A DNA stretch of 64,000 nucleotides from Paragordius varius (GCA_964247055.1 OZ176050.1:9300001-9364000); one strand, 5' to 3'; counted from the first letter of the stretch, positions 47,496 to 63,800 are shown. Notes: generated by a model not told the origin, from the letters alone. Numbers and translations: made by a program.

Positions 47496-50400
47496 TTTTA
47501 AGAAACATGAATTTTTTTATATTTTCGAATAAATAGTGTTTGAGGCGGAAGTGATGGGTCTAATCATAAAATTTTAGGTCCACCAAAAGCTATTAATATC
47601 CTCTATTTATTTTATATACTTTTAAATTCAAAAAGTATGGTTAAATTTTTCGTAACGATAATGTGTTTTAGTGTAAAAAAGTTAGCTTAAAAAGTTTAGT
47701 GATAAAATCTAAATGCAAAATTAGTAAAAATAGGCATATGAGTCAATCTCCTAATTAAAATTCTAAAGAAAGAGCAAATTTCATTAGATCATATAAAATG
47801 TATATGATTTCCGCTAAAACCACTCCAAAGTATTAGAAGGTTATAAAGGTAATATATTTTAATTAAATTAATAATAATATACGAGCGTCTATATACATAC
47901 CTTCATTTAATAACAGGATAATGAACGCATATTATTAAAAGAAATTTCAAAAAAAACTTTATACAAAAGGAATCATAGTTTTTTTCATAAAACAAAACAA
48001 CTCATAGCAAATAAATTTACCCAATATTAGAATTGCATTTGCTAAATGTTATAAGTTAGTATTAAACTAAGATATACTCGAGAGATGCACAATTTCATAA
48101 ATTTGTGAATAATCACTTCCTTTAAATGATATCAAGTGATTTTACATATGAAGTCTAAAACTGCATGTATGTGCAATTGTAAGAGGATGGAAACATGTCA
48201 AACAAGATATGAAATATGAAACGTCGCGAAACGCTTTGAAAAAAGGATCATAACTTTGTTTGTATCCAAAGATTGAATCGTTCGCAGTTACAAAAAAATA
48301 TAACATTGTACGACCAATAGTGAATGTTTTATGTTAAAACATATAGTTGTTTAATAGATAAATTTTGGGTTTAGTGGAGAGAATATTTTTTAAACATAAA
48401 CATTTAAAAAAGTTAAAAAAATATAAATATGATTGATTATGAAAATTATATTCATTTTTTTTATATAGATAGATGAAGGAGGAGATGTATCAAAACATTG
48501 TTACATAAAGTGAAATATACATCATACATAGCTAACTATCAAAAAAATATATCAATATCGATACGATGAACGAACATACGAAAAAAAATCATTGGGAATT
48601 AGAAGAATGATACATTGTACTTGTGCGCTGCATATTTGTATAAAATCTTATTTTATATTTTCTTACAACAAACAACCTTAGGTTGATTGTGGAAAAACAT
48701 TTTAAAATATTATACATAATATGGATTTCCGATTTACATAAAAGGAAATTCGCAAACCAAACCCATTAGTTTACTCATGTGTTGTTTGTTAATACGCTCA
48801 GAGCGGAATTTAATCATTAATATTTTTACCTGGATGAAAAATATTGTTGTATAATAATATTTGGATTAATTTGTGTTGTGCTTATGGAAATGGATAATAA
48901 AAGTATACATTCTTTATAGTTGTATTTAAAAAATTTGAAAACAACGATCAAATTTTTTAACAGAATAATTATAATATGTTTACTAAATCAACAAGAAATC
49001 AATTTTGATATTACGTATATATAATGAATTTTCAAAATATTTTTTTTTTCATTTGAATTTTTAACATTTTTATTTTTTTTATTTAACAATTCAGAAGAAA
49101 CTATATTTATATTGAATAATGGATGGATGTGGATATATAGATTATTAAGCATTAACGATTACATAAAACAAACGTACATATTCAATAATATTTTATTGTT
49201 TTATAAAATCAATATGAGGAGACGCATGGCAATTTATGAATATATAATTATTTCATTTTATTAAATAATATATTTATATATATATAATATGTTATAATTT
49301 TTTTTTGATTAAAGTATATATTTTTTTGCATTCTTTAAAAAACATTAAAACGTTTAAATTCATGTTACAAAGAAGTTAGATAGATGTGTGGAGAAACCCT
49401 TGATAGATTTAAACCGACAAGGTTAAAAAATATAGATATATTTTCGATTAAATAAATAGAAACCACTTATTATGATTATATTCATTTATAAATCAATAAA
49501 AACGGTAACAATCGCATACATTGTTTATTGAATGGAAAAACCTCTTCAAGTTAAAAAATTATATCGGTTAAATGACAAAAATTTGTTTGAGCTTGACAAT
49601 GAAAAAAACATATTTAAGAAGGATATTCTTTTGTTAGCTTTGATTAGCTCCACAACTGTTTTCGAGTCATTAGTACTTAATTATTCTTCTACTAATATTA
49701 CATGTGAAGCAAATGCATATTAGGATAACTATTATCTCATAGCTTTAATTACTATAGTTGTTTTACTAAAATATCATAAAAACATTTTGTAACTATATTA
49801 GATTGGTTTTGTATAGTTTCCCTAAGATCCAGAGCCTAAAATTAAGATGGCACCAAATCTAAAGCGATGAATATAAGTGATAAATCAATATTGAGGTGTT
49901 TTATGTTAATATACAATTAACTAGAGCATAATAAGGTTAATATTCTTTCACAAAATCACCAATAGACCCACATGTATTATTTTTTAAGCTTAATTAAAGT
50001 TTTGTCTCAGGTCAAATCAATTAGCAGTTTGAATTATAACGGACTGGATCTTTATTAGCTGTATGGAAGCAAAAATTTTAAATGAGTGGTAAAGATTATA
50101 AAATTTTGAAAACGAACATAATTGAATTGATTGTAAATAAATACAAAATTTTATAAACATACAATATATATATATCTAATTTTGTATGTAGTTTGGAACC
50201 CAATGTTCCTTTTCATTATAGTTTTTTAATAAAACTCTCAGAAAAGGTATTTTACGGCCCCTAACATTTAATCTTTTCCCTTAATACTAGTTTTTCGGCT
50301 GATTTAAGACACTATATATATATATATAAATATATATATATATAATTTTAAAAAAGTTTTCAACAGTCTCCAAAGGCACATTTACAAAAATTATAGTTCT

Positions 50401-53400
50401 TGAAATGAACAAACTCTATTATAGTTTTTTTCAAAAAATATATATTAAATTTTGTCATTTTTGAATATTTTCTCATATATATTTATAATTATAAAACAAA
50501 ATATCTCTGAAAAAAAAACAATTATTTGCAACTAATTTTTAGTGAATATCATTGCTGATGTCATCCACCGGAAGAGGCGCAAAAACTAATCCTTTAATTT
50601 ATAATATATATCAACTAATTATCTAATATGATAATTAAAAAATAAAAACTTTCAAAATCTAAATTTGTGGATTACGAAATGCAGATAGATTACAAAAATC
50701 AAAGCGTTTTCTCAGCTTTAGGTTATTTGAGCCTATATGCAAAAATGTAAAAAATTTAAGGGATCATTGCGTATGTATAACTAGGGTTTTTTCATTCAGT
50801 ATTGATTGGTTTTCTTTCCATACAATACAATACAATACAATACGTACAATTTGTGTTTGTTTTACATTTAATCGATTTAAAGATCTATTTATTTATTAAT
50901 GGTTAATGGTTATTTGTGGTCGTTTTTTATTATAACAACTTATAAACAAAATATATATTTATATATAATTGGATATGTAGATTGATCAAATGGTAGTTTT
51001 TATAACTCTTTCCATTCAAATGGAGGAAAAGGCTTTAGGATGGAATTTGAGAATTTAATATTGCAAATGGCTACTACCTTCGAGGATAGATTTTTAATGC
51101 GGTTTTTGCATAGTTTTAAATAATAATCAACAGCTGCCAGAGTGATTTATAGGCATTAAATAATGTAAAAATAAAAAATAATGTACATAGCTAAACAGTT
51201 TTAGAAATCTTTTTTCTTACGGTACAATAGCTAAGAATTTGAAAATTGTAGTAATATAGGTTCCTTCTTTAGGTAAAATCGATTAGGATGCTATTAAACA
51301 TCAACACATTCCTAATAAATGAAAATAAAACACCAAGGTCCAAAACTTGGTAAAATTAAACAGAATTTAGCGATTCACAGTAAAAGTGAAAAAAACCAAT
51401 CGAATGGGGTGGGGTCAGTTATGCTAAGCCATTCAAAATATTGAAAATTTTACACGTATACAAAGTTTTAAATAATTTTTGATATAAAAAGTGTAAAATT
51501 TGAAAATTTATATTTGACTGCCATTGAATATGTTTTATATTGGCTAAAATTTGATTTTTATTAAGTTACAGTATATATAAGAACTGTAGTATCAATTGAA
51601 TTTTGGTCAAGAACCCATTCTTCCAACATAAATTATACAATTTAATTATTATCTACAATTCAAATAGCGTTTATTAGAAGATACGGTATATAAATTGAAA
51701 ATGCAAATAACCCCTGGATTAAATATTGCTTTCTGTTAGGCTTATTATAAATTTCAATCCAATTTATAATGTATAGCCAAACATAATCTTGTAAAATGTT
51801 TTAAAACATATTAATAGCAAGGGACCTTTGTATGCTAAAAATGTGTGTCTTTGTCCTGCAAAATCATATCTTCTGAGAAGAGTAATCGAGAAAATTATAC
51901 CTTTGAACTTTTCTTCCTTGATTGTCTTTTGGAATGTTTGAAAATCTTATGAATATTCATAATACATTTTCTCCTTCTTAAAATTAGGATGATTGTTTGA
52001 AAGGATTATTGATGGTGTCCTTTACTGTTGCCATATATACAAAAATTTATGAATTACGAAAAAAATAATAGGTAGGCAAATTTAATAAATTTAAAATAAT
52101 TTGTGATATTAAATAATAATGAATTTGCTCACTATGTCATCTCGTTATGAAATAGAGACTTGCTATTTTTCAAAATATTCGAATGGTTAGTTTTCTTGCT
52201 ACATAATATTTTTAACAATATTTGATAAGATGAGATGTAAATCTTATCTTATATATATGAATTGAGTAATGGCTCCTTTGGGAATTTATCATCAAATATT
52301 TTTATTTATTGTTTTTATTAATGTGAATTCTTGCTTACTCTATTTATACAGTCATGTTTACATTATTTTATCAAAAATTTATTTTTTTTACGTTAAATGG
52401 GTATACATATTTGGTAAAGAATGGAAAAAAAGAGCTCTCTACCATATATTTATACCATTTAACGAAAAAAATATAAATTTTTGATAAAATAAAGGATACA
52501 TGAATGTATGTGAATTGGATTTTAATCAACTAAATGTATATATAGATGTAATGATTACATATTATATAGTCAACCCCTATCTATAAAATAATGGTTTAGA
52601 AATGCACACAATACAATGAATATTATTAATATGATAAAATAAATTTTTTTCAACTGGGTAACAATCCATATATCTAGCAATTTACCGCTCTTTGGCAAAG
52701 GGGAGACTATTTTTATATCTAATATTATTAGTATTATTCAAAAATGAATATTAATCACAAATTTTTTGATATTAGTTGTGGCCCTTATTTTTCTTTTGGT
52801 GACAAAATCAATAAAAATAAAGATATGGGGCATTTATGATATATTTATTTAAAGCTTTAATAATAAATATAAATTTTGAAAAACATTATAATTAAATAAT
52901 TTGATGATAATATATTCTATAAAATAATTATAAACAATTTTGATCACAAATTATTTTTAATTCCTAAGCTAAGATCAATTTTTTTAGATGTAACCTATTT
53001 TTTTAATTTAACAGACAAAGTTAGAATTTTATATCTAAAATGTTTCTGTCTATATTTTGTTCTTTTATCATTAGAGAGCGGATTAGATTTAGGTGGCCGG
53101 CTTTTTCGATGCCAAAATATATTCAACTTGATGAGAAACAGAGATTTTTATTAAAGATAACATAAAATGGTAAGGGTTTTAATCGTCTCTATAAAGGCTA
53201 TAAATATATATAAATGTTCAATTTACCAAAATCAAAATTAAATTTAGTCAAAAATTCTAATTTATGTGGTTACGAAAATTATAAGGAGACTAAACTTATG
53301 CAAATGTGCATCTTTAAAAAAAATAATCTTTTAAAGTGTGTTCTGTCGTGTCAATGAATATAAATTTCTGACATCTCCTCTCAAAAATGGGAAAAACATT

Positions 53401-53980
53401 TTTGAATTTTTACACGTAAGTTTAAGTAATTTATTTTATGTCAAAAATTTAATTTTACGAAAAACATAAGCAGATTGAATGTTTTAACAAATTATTAATC
53501 ATATTTTTTAAAAAATTCATACCATAAGTTATTTGTCTAAACAGTTTTAAATTTAATCAAATCTAAATTTTAGATCATTTATAGAGAGATACTACTTGAA
53601 ATCCTAGTTTACCTTAAAGTACTTTTACAACATATAATAAATTGAATTGTTTAATGTTTGCATTTCTAAAAGAAAATAAAAATAAATTAAAAATGAATAT
53701 TAACTGGGCTGAGCCTTGAATTTAACATCGTTAAACTAGACAATACTAAAAATAGTTTAATAATTGTGTTAATGTATATTGGCTATATAATTTCCAAAGG
53801 CCTGTTAAAGCTGCCAAATTGTTTAATAGTAAGAATATTCTAAAAACAAGAAAGTTTTTGTTTAAACTTTTAATTAAATCATGACACTATGAAAAATTTT
53901 ATAGAATCTTTTTAAGTTTATTATTAAATTTAAATAAAATAATAATCCCTTAAAATTGGGTTGGTATGCTAATTTAAACT

Positions 53981-54082
53981 AGCTATTAAATCTGATCTGA
54001 TAGTCAAATTATTATTAAAAATGATTAATATAGCTATTAAATCTGATTTGATAGTCAAATGATAATTAAAAATGATTAATAT
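53981..54082. repeat. 51-bp direct tandem duplication
   Basis: AGCTATTAAATCTGAT(C/T)TGATAGTCAAAT..ATTAAAAATGATTAATAT occurs twice head-to-tail. Confidence 0.9.
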
Positions 54083-56226
54083 TTTTGAAAACAAGAAGCT
54101 TAAATTAAATAACTAGCAGTAGCATTAAATTCGTAGTCATTTTAAAAGTTTTTATAAGATTTTTATTGAGTTTTGAATCACATTAATATTATGTAATTAA
54201 AGGTCTAAGTTTTTCACATTGGATTGTAATAAGCATATGAGATAGGTTGTTCGGTGCTTTTTGATACGGACAGTAAATTATAAACATTCTGGCAAAACTA
54301 AAAGGATTTGTATGAAATTAGGTTTTTTCCTATTTCGAACTAAAATAACCTCAATTTTTATGTGAACAATATTAATCCCATTATAATAAATTTCGAATAT
54401 AAATAGCATATTTTTAACTAAATCATTTAAATTTCACTGATTTTAAATATAGTTTTTTATTGATTGTATTTATTTTTGCGTTGTAAAATACATGACCCAA
54501 AAAAACCATAATTTATTAATTAGATGAAATTTGTACTCAAAACTAAAGTTAATATTTATTCTTATTTTTACAATAAAACCTTTAAAATTTTAACACTATA
54601 GCCGGATTATTTCATATACTTTCTATTCAGTTTAAAAAAGATATTTTATGGTAAAATTCGAGTTTTATTTTTTGTAAATGTAAATTGTCGTCAGTTTTAA
54701 AGGTGTCAATAAGTAATTGTTTGTGACGAAATGGTGTTTACATAACCTAGGATCTTTTAATCGGATCTAGAAAAATAAAAATCTCTTTCAAACGCATAAT
54801 ACTTACAAATAGATATAAATTATAAATCATAGACAATTATTGTGTTCACCAAGTAAAAAATATTGTAATAAATAATAAATAAAATATTTATAAGAAGAAA
54901 TGATAATGTACTTTAGACAAAAATATTTGTCCATTTTTTTTGTTTGGTGACAATCTGATGTCAGTGCTGCTACGCAGAAAAGAAATATAACTCATATCTT
55001 TTTAATCTGTTTTTTTTTAATTAGAAAATCATTTCCTTAAGACTTACTACTATAAGAAGAAATATAAATCGCTTGCTTTTCTTCGAAAAATCCAACATCA
55101 TATAAATTTTTGTATAATAGTGATCCTATCACAAATTATCTTCCCTTACTAAGTATCAGAATAAAAAATTTAATCCTCTTAAATATAATTAATATATTTT
55201 TTGAACCACAACATAAGAGATAGACAACTTGGAATTGCGTCTTTTTATTTATTATTATTCTTTTAAGTTTAGTAGTTACTTCAAAATTTTAATCCCATTC
55301 AACTTTTATGTTTGGGATAGGTTTAACTGCTTATAAATCGTATAAAGCATCCTTTTATGTCTTATTTTATGTTAATATATTCAAGTAATATCATAGAATA
55401 GATGAAAATGTTGAAACTTTTCTGATCTTCGCTCGTAAAAAGTTAAATTAAAAAACGATACAAAACAAAAAATTAAAATAACAAATAAAGTTATGGGTAC
55501 TCCCAATACACATTTTTGAAGATCGATGACATCAGTATCGTGTCTTATCCATATTTTTTTGTGATTTAGCTTTCTTATACTCGACATGATTTACGTTCAT
55601 ATAGAATTACCCAAAAAATACATATGTTTAGCTTACAAACAAAGCTTATACATTATCAAAATGGATACAATGTCATTAAATAATATGTCGCCAAAAATTA
55701 ATATCTTACTTTGTATAAATGTAATTTTATTTTTATAAATAATGTACAGTGACGTCGTTCTCCTATCATATCTTATTTATTGTAAATATTTACATTATAA
55801 ATAGTAGATAAAATAATGATTATGGGATACAGATAGTAAGTAATCCTTAATTCTAAAAAATATTATGGAATTGCTTACTTTTACAGATTTTTTAAAGAAA
55901 GATAGATATATTTGTTTATAATTTGAATGGTGTTATTGGTTTTGGACCTTACGAATGATTTAAGAAAATGTTAAACAATAGCTTTTTTTGACAATAAATC
56001 ACAAAATCAGCACACATTATATTAAATTAATTTGGTGAAAGTGAGAGTTACACCAAAATAAAATATTAATTTATTAAATAAATTTATATTTAAAAGGCGC
56101 ATATTTATTGCTTATCTCTCTACGAAAGTCTCACATTTTTTTGACTACTCTAAATTTGGCTAGTTTTAAAATAAGCGCACATAAGAGCCGCCGATCGTGT
56201 GTAATAATTTTTAATATATGCCAGAT

Positions 56227-56290
56227 CAGGGGTGCCCAACACTAATGGCTTCCAGGGTCGCATTTATATTTTACGTTTCATTCGTGAGAG
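56227..56290. mobile_element. Left end of a hAT-type MITE adjacent to the LINE fragment
   Basis: CAGGGGTGCCCAACACTAATGGCTTCCAGGGTCGCATT. Right end not found. Confidence 0.45.
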
Positions 56291-56339
56291 CGGTCATGTG
56301 TCAACCTGTCTCGCCAAAGAACTCTATCTATAGCGTTTT

Positions 56340-57650
56340 CTGCTTTTAGCTCATATTCTGCTAGTTCTCTTTTTAATGTGTCTATCTCGTTTTAAACCGC
56401 TTACGTCCTCGTTTACCTTTAACTATATGACTCTCTATTGTTTTTGCAATATAATTAGAATCTCTCCTTTTAATGGGCCCAAACCAACGTAGCATATTTT
56501 CATCATTCTTTCCGTATTGGTTTAACATCTCTGCTCCCAAGAATATATCTGTCCATTCTTGTTACCCCACACATCATTCTAATCATTTTCATTTCCGTGA
56601 CGTTAAAATGTCATTTTTTGTAACCCCACGTCTGTAAATTATACATCGTTGTGGGTTGAACAGCTGAACTGTATATCTTACCTTTTACTCTGAAGTCAAT
56701 ATTTCGATCACATAACACGCTCGAATTTTTTTTCCAATCAACTGCTCTTAATTCTAAATTAATATGTTCGGTCAACGTTCCATCTGAACTTAACATTGCC
56801 TCCAAATATTGCACCTTTGTTTGCCCTTTAAAACTCAACCCTCAACCTCCATTTCATGTTGTTGACCCCCAAAGCTAATATATTCAGTTTTTGTTTTTAC
56901 TTCGCGACCGTATTCTTTGCTTTAACTCAACCAGTGGATCCAGACATAATGGATATGTCATCCGCTTTCATGGAATACTTAACGGGCTAAGAGATGAGCC
57001 TTGGTAGACGCCATACTTTATTGAAAAGGGCTCTGATAATCCTTGAGGAGTTTTAATCCTGGAGGTGTGGGATTGGTACATTATTTGTACCAACTCATAT
57101 AACTTTCTAGCACATTTTTTGGACAGAGATGACTCCACCAAATAGTTTTTATATTTTATAGGAATCCTGTTAAACGCCTTCTTTATGTCAATTAAAACCC
57201 CGTGTAATTCTCTTGTCAATGTGTTTTTCAATCAACCTACTAACCGCATGTATAGGGCTTATTGTTGACTTTCCTGGCATCAAACCAAATTGATTTCCTT
57301 CTATAGATATTTTTCCTGATTTGCTTTTCAATTATTTTTTCAAACAATTTCATGGTATACGACATTAGTTTTATCCCTCTATAATTACTACAGTCATTTC
57401 CTTAGTAAAAGTACAATCAAACTCTCTTTCCATTCAACCAAGACTTCATAGGTTGTAACAATGTTATCAAAAACACGCTCCAAAAAAATTAATCCTGCGT
57501 TTTCAAGCACTTTCCAACAATTTATATTTAGCTCGTCCGATCCTACAGTTTTATTGTTTGGCGTTTCTGACATATTAAATTCTACCTCCTTTTCTGTAAT
57601 GGCTTCTATTGGTCTATCAGTACCTTCGATGTTTGGTAAAAATGTCTCGC
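56340..57650 (-). mobile_element. 5'-truncated, decayed RTE-clade LINE reverse transcriptase fragment
   Basis: Frameshifted RT motifs: LHGVLIDIKKAFNRIP, GVYQGSSLSPL, QYLEAMLSSDG, VLCDRNIDFRVKGKIYSSAVQPTTMY..TW. Upstream YRGIKLMSYTMKLFEKII. Confidence 0.88.
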
Positions 57651-60600
57651 ATTAAGGTTAGTAATTTGGTAAATTAGGGATATTTTATTATACAATATAT
57701 TTTTTAATAAAATTATAAACACTATTCACAATTAAAAATAATGGTTAAAAACCTACTACTCTCTATCCAACTGGTTTTTTATTTAATTTGTTTCATGGCT
57801 ATACGTTTTTTAACGGAAAAGAAAATGGATTTTGACAAATTACAAGTTATATAAAATTTATATAACAAAATTACATTTTGCTACTTCTAATACAAATGTA
57901 GGGAATTGGTTAAAATTTTATAAGGTAATAGGATTAAAAAACAATAAATAATATGGTAAATAGAGTAGTAAAAGACACCATAAAAATATATTGTTGGATA
58001 AAAAAATTTTTAGGGATATTCATGTAAATTTCTAACTTTTCAATTTTGCATGCATCTATTCCATATAATAAATTGCAATTATAAATGTTTATCGGATGCT
58101 AACCATATCTTATTTTACATTAAATATTCATCCATAACATGCTGTTGATTTAGTGGTTTAGACACAACAGGTTGCAAATTTTCTGAATTGCAAGAGATGA
58201 TCCAAAAATAACCAATAATTTTATCAATCCGTTTCATTTTTGTCAAATTATTAAAATTTCGCATAATATCAAAATGCCAGGTGAACTCGTTTCTATACTT
58301 TAGTGAATTAAATTGGAGCAATGTCGCCTACAACAACTATATTTGTTAAAGTATAATATTAATTTAAATTTTGATTGTTTAAACCGATCGAAAACTAAAT
58401 TTCTTTAATAGGTCAATCATGGGCCTTTTATAATCCTATATACTGTCTAACCATAAATAACATAAAGCAAAATATTAAAATGCGTTAAATGGCTCAACAT
58501 ATTCACTATAAAAAAATTGATAATCACTCCATAAGTAATAATATATTAGAAACAAAATGGTTTAAAAAATAATAGCTTCAAAATTTTTATTTAGAGATGT
58601 AGGCATATATGGGGTTATGTTATTTTTCCAATTTAGTTATAAAAGATTGATTTTAAAAATAAATAAGTTTTATTAAAAAAAGACTTTAATAAATATTTAG
58701 GCTTGTAAATTTTTGTAATCAGTCATTCTTTAGAATTTTTGTGATTTCTAACTGAATAAATGCAGCCAAAATCTATCATTGTGATAATTTGATCCTACCT
58801 TTTTAATTTAAAATTTTAAATATTTACGCATCGTTTTAAAAAGAATCAGTGGGGGTAAAAAATATTGTCGATATACTTAATGTTATAAATAAGCTACAAA
58901 AAAATGAAAATCATTAAATTCTTTATAAATTTAATATTAAGAAAAATGTTTTATTTAGATATTATTAAAATAATTCATTTATTTTTAAATATTATCACAA
59001 ATATTTGGTTTTGTGTATATTAAAATTTTAACCAAACTATTAGAATGTTATCTAAGGCGGTTTTAAAATTATTTTAACCAATACTTAACGTTTTAAATTA
59101 AGTTTTATTTTTTACAAAATATTCATACGGGCTCACGACTGTATAATTTATATTATTTTTAATTCTAACAATTTTTCCAATGATATTCCAAAATTTTATT
59201 TAATTTTATAATTAATTGAAACAAAATATTAAATTTTTTATATGACATTCATGTCAAAGTTAAATATTTAGGATTTTGTGGCTTTAGAAATATATTAATA
59301 TAATGAAAAATCTTAAAAGAAATAAATTATAATTAATATATTATTGTAATGAAAAAAAAAATACTTTTTATCGTAACATTTTTGAAAGGGCAAATGACCT
59401 CTGGAAACCAGAATACAAATAACTTGGTTGGTTTTAATGATAAAAAATATGTGGATTTTTCCATGATAAATAAATGTATGTTTGGGTTGGATAATATATT
59501 AGCCAGGCAATTATTTTTAGATATTAGGCTTTGATTGTAATTTATTTCATCTCTTGAATATGGATGAATGACTTTTGGTGGGACGAGGATTTTTTTTGTC
59601 AAACAAAAAATAATTTATTTTTAATATTCGTAAGATATATATATTTATATAAAAATTTTTAAAACTGTTATTAGACACATACATATATAAATCATAAATT
59701 AAGAAGATTTTTTTAGATGAGAATTTAGATATCTGGAAATCTGTTTTAACTACGACAATACGACATTATTTGTTTATTGGTTTCAATTAAATATAATTTT
59801 AAGTCATTACATGTCTAATCCAATAACTATAAATGCATTCAAAATATTGTTTGCCCTGCTGTGTAAATACAATTTAGCAAAAATGGTTTTTTTGGATATT
59901 GTATTCAATTATATGCTATATTTATATGTATATTTAATTAAAAAATTATATATATATATACATATTTTGCTTTTACATATCCTTAAATTAATTATTTCTG
60001 TCATATTCTGTATATATTGTGCATAAAAGTGACATCAGTGTCGTATTAAAGTTCTCCAAATTATGAGAAGATTGGTTATTTTAAACTATAAATATTTTAC
60101 TGAGGTGTTATTCTTTAATCTTAACTTTTTTCAACCAAACTATTTTTATATTCTGTTATTCATAATAGCTTTCTGATATGCATAATTTTGACAACATAAA
60201 ATGTGCATTGATAATGATGACATTATGATAATGTCAATACCTATTTATTTATCTTGGATGCGCATACATAATGTAACGTAATCAATGACAAAATTAATTG
60301 GGCAGAAAATATGTAGCATCTGACTGCATCTTTGAATAATTTAATAGTTTGCAATTTTTATTATAAAATAGAATAAAAAATAACTGATTTATATTCAAAA
60401 ATATTTTTGTTATACGAAATTTAAAGAAAAATGCACACCGCATACAAGTCGCTAATCGAATTTGGAAGCTTAAACCAACCCGGTAGAAATTAAATGTATA
60501 ATTTTCTTTATACATATTTCGGCAAAAATAAAAATATATTAAAATTACTACATAAAGAAGCCGTTTTTTTCCTTAACTTATGTCAATAGGGTATGGTGGT

Positions 60601-60895
60601 ATTAAGCCGTTCATTTATAGCTATATTCCAATGTCTGTTAAAGCGTTAACAAACTAATTCGTTTATCTTGGCACCGCAATTAGTGATTGAGTAAGGCAGT
60701 CTATTGTTAAAATTAATTCAGTTAACATTAATAAATTGCTGTCATTGCCAGAGGTATGGCTTGCATTTCTGGCGTGATGGCGCCCCCTTCCCCTTCATGC
60801 AACATCATGCATTTTAAAAATAATCAATTCAAACCGTGGTCATGACTATAAATGGGTGATTTTTTTTATGTATTATTGAAAATAATAAATTTTAA

Positions 60896-63800
60896 CACGT
60901 TGACGGACAATTGCGGCTATAGCCGTCAAAGCGAAGTTCACAATGTGGCATGACTGCTATAGCCGTCCAAAACGAAACGGTCGTTTTTAGACACTACGGC
61001 TATAGCAGCACAAATGTGCACTTACTGGCGTATACGTAGAAGCATAGTGTCGTGTTTTAAAAACATCTTTTTAGGTTGAAGTTCATATTTCACCTATACG
61101 AGTTGCAGATTCAGTATGCCGTGGTTGTGAAGGGAGTAGTGCGATCGTGTTTTCTATTGAATTTATAGTTCTTATTGATACGTTTAACGATATTTATTAT
61201 TATTTATATAACTATACTGGTATGTATTTGTTTATTATTCATTTTATACTTTAAACAGAAATAAAAAAACAAAATTTAGCATTTTAGGTTAGGTACGATA
61301 CTATAGGTTATACCAGTGGTACTCACCAAAAAAATTTGACGGGCCAAATTAAATATATTATTTTTTCGAGGGCCATGAACTTTATACTGGCAAATATCCT
61401 ATAGCTATTTGACACATATGCACATATATAATACTTTAAATCAGCACAATGATTTTTTAGCGGATGTAATCCAGCCAAAATTCACCATTTAGTTTAAAAA
61501 ATTAAAATATTTTGATAACAACATTTATTTTGATATTACCAATAATTTTTAACAAATTTGGTTTCGCCTCATGACAGGCCAATCTTAATACGTCGTCCAT
61601 ATGATCATCGGTTAAGCGATTTCTGTATGCATTCTTGACATACTTAATCTTCGAATATGCCGTCTCAAACGTGTAAGGGTAGGGAAAAACAGTTAGGATA
61701 ACTTGAGCACACTTTTTTATATTTTTATATTTATTTGGCACAAAAACTCTACATATATTTCTAATTTACGATTCTCCTTGAATATAGCCTCCATATAGAT
61801 ATTATATTTAAATCTACGAATTTTTCAATGATAGCACCTGATCAAAACTGAAATGCTCAGGTTGCTTAATATTGGATATATCCATATGCCAGGGATTTTC
61901 AACGAATTTTAAGCAATATTTCATATTTCTTTATTCCTGAAATCTGAATTTCATTTCATTAGATAGAATTAAATAATTGTCTATAATTAAATTAATCTCC
62001 ATTAGCATGGATTATTATTTATTTCCCTTGACTGTATTTAAAATTATAAGTTTATAAATGTCACAAAGGTAGGCTAATAAAACCCACCATTCGTCACTAT
62101 TAATTTCCTCGTCAAACTTTCTGTTATCATTTATAAATAATATTTCATGTCTTAAAACAAAAAATCTATCATCTCACAGTGGTATAATATAATCAAACTC
62201 ATTGTGGATATCTTTCAGAGGGTTTTTGAATTTACGGCGGTACAATCTCTGCCCCTGTGGTTTACTATATCCACAACCCTTTTAAATTACTGAGAATTGA
62301 GTATTCATTTTTACACTCGAAACCAGGTTTTGCTTATAAATAAAGCAGTGAAATGATCAAATATTTTGCAAATTATATTTGTTTCTCAAAAGAGGAATAA
62401 ATCCTTTGTTTCCAATCATAGAGGGACAGCCATCTGTGCAGATCGAAACCAATTTTTTCATAGATATACCATTATTATCGAAAAAAGTGCTAATTATTCG
62501 AGAAAATCACTCTCTTTCGTGGTATTATATATTGGTAAAAATAAAAAATATTCCCCGTTGATAATGTTGTCGTTGCAAAATCTTAAAAGAGCGCACACTG
62601 TGGAGCTGAACTAATATCAGTGCTCAATCAATAGCAATACTAAAATATTTGCAGTTTTTCAGAGCCAATAAAAATATTTAGATAATGCGTCGATCACATG
62701 TTGAATCAGAAAGTTGAAGTATTTTATTTTGCCTCATGATTAGATCTTACTATGGAATTTATCAAATAAAAAAGTGCAACCATTTATTAGACATTCTTTT
62801 ATTAGTTGACAGTAAACGGTTTCATATTTTTTCCTAAAATATAGCAAATTTCATACGAAGTTAATGTTACACTTGGGAGAAAGCTATGGACATAATAGTT
62901 TTTTCTTCCTGGTATATTCCTTAATCTTTTATTCGTTTCCCTCATGATTTTCTGGTTTGTGAGAATGCTGGATTGTAAAATGTCTTTCAATATTGTATTT
63001 TAATTATTTTGTCCTTACATATGAGGCAGGTGACATTTTTATTTAAAACGACAAATTCTTGCCATTCTCTTTTTAAAAGGAGCGATTTTCATCGAATAAT
63101 TTACGTTTTTCAGCATTAGGTGTCATCCTTTGAATTTATGTTTAAATATTGTGTAAATTTGTTTCAAAAAAATGGGAATATAATTTGATTTATGCAATAA
63201 AAAAACAGATTAAAATTTAATGATGTGATTTATATAAAATGATGCAGGATAGCAATGAAAAGAATAAGTGTATGCAAGTTTGGGTGAAAGGATTGCTTAA
63301 ATACAAAAAAGGAATGCAATAATTTTAAAATAGAAAAGAAAATAGAATGCAGAAACAAAAACAACGTGTTCCAAAATTTTGAAATCATTTTAATGTAGGG
63401 AAATTTTCCTACATTTCAAATTGGGTAAAAATGAAAATACCAAGTAAATCTAAATAAAATAAATTAATATTAAACTAAGCGAAAATCCGATTATGTGTAT
63501 TTTAATATTTCGTCAATAAAAAAAATAATTTAAGTATCAATATGGTCATAGGACAATTTTAAAGCACTCTTAGGGCCGCATGCGGCCCGCGGGCCGCGGT
63601 TTGAGTATCACTGGGTTATACTGTTTACTTTTTTTTTTGGTTTTACATTTGAAATATAAATAAATAATGATAATGTAAATGATAAATATATATTATATAT
63701 ATAATATACAATAAATAATAATACAAAATAAAATGTTTTATTCAATATTTACAGAAAATGGACAGTTGGGAAAAAGATCAGGCTAGGCTGCTGAAGATTG

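Noticed and set aside
46400-60900. Numerous 60-90 aa I/F/L/K/N-rich ORFs in the track, here and elsewhere in the window
   Set aside because: Their composition simply mirrors AT-rich non-coding DNA, many start at TTG or GTG, and none shows motifs or consistent splice phases.
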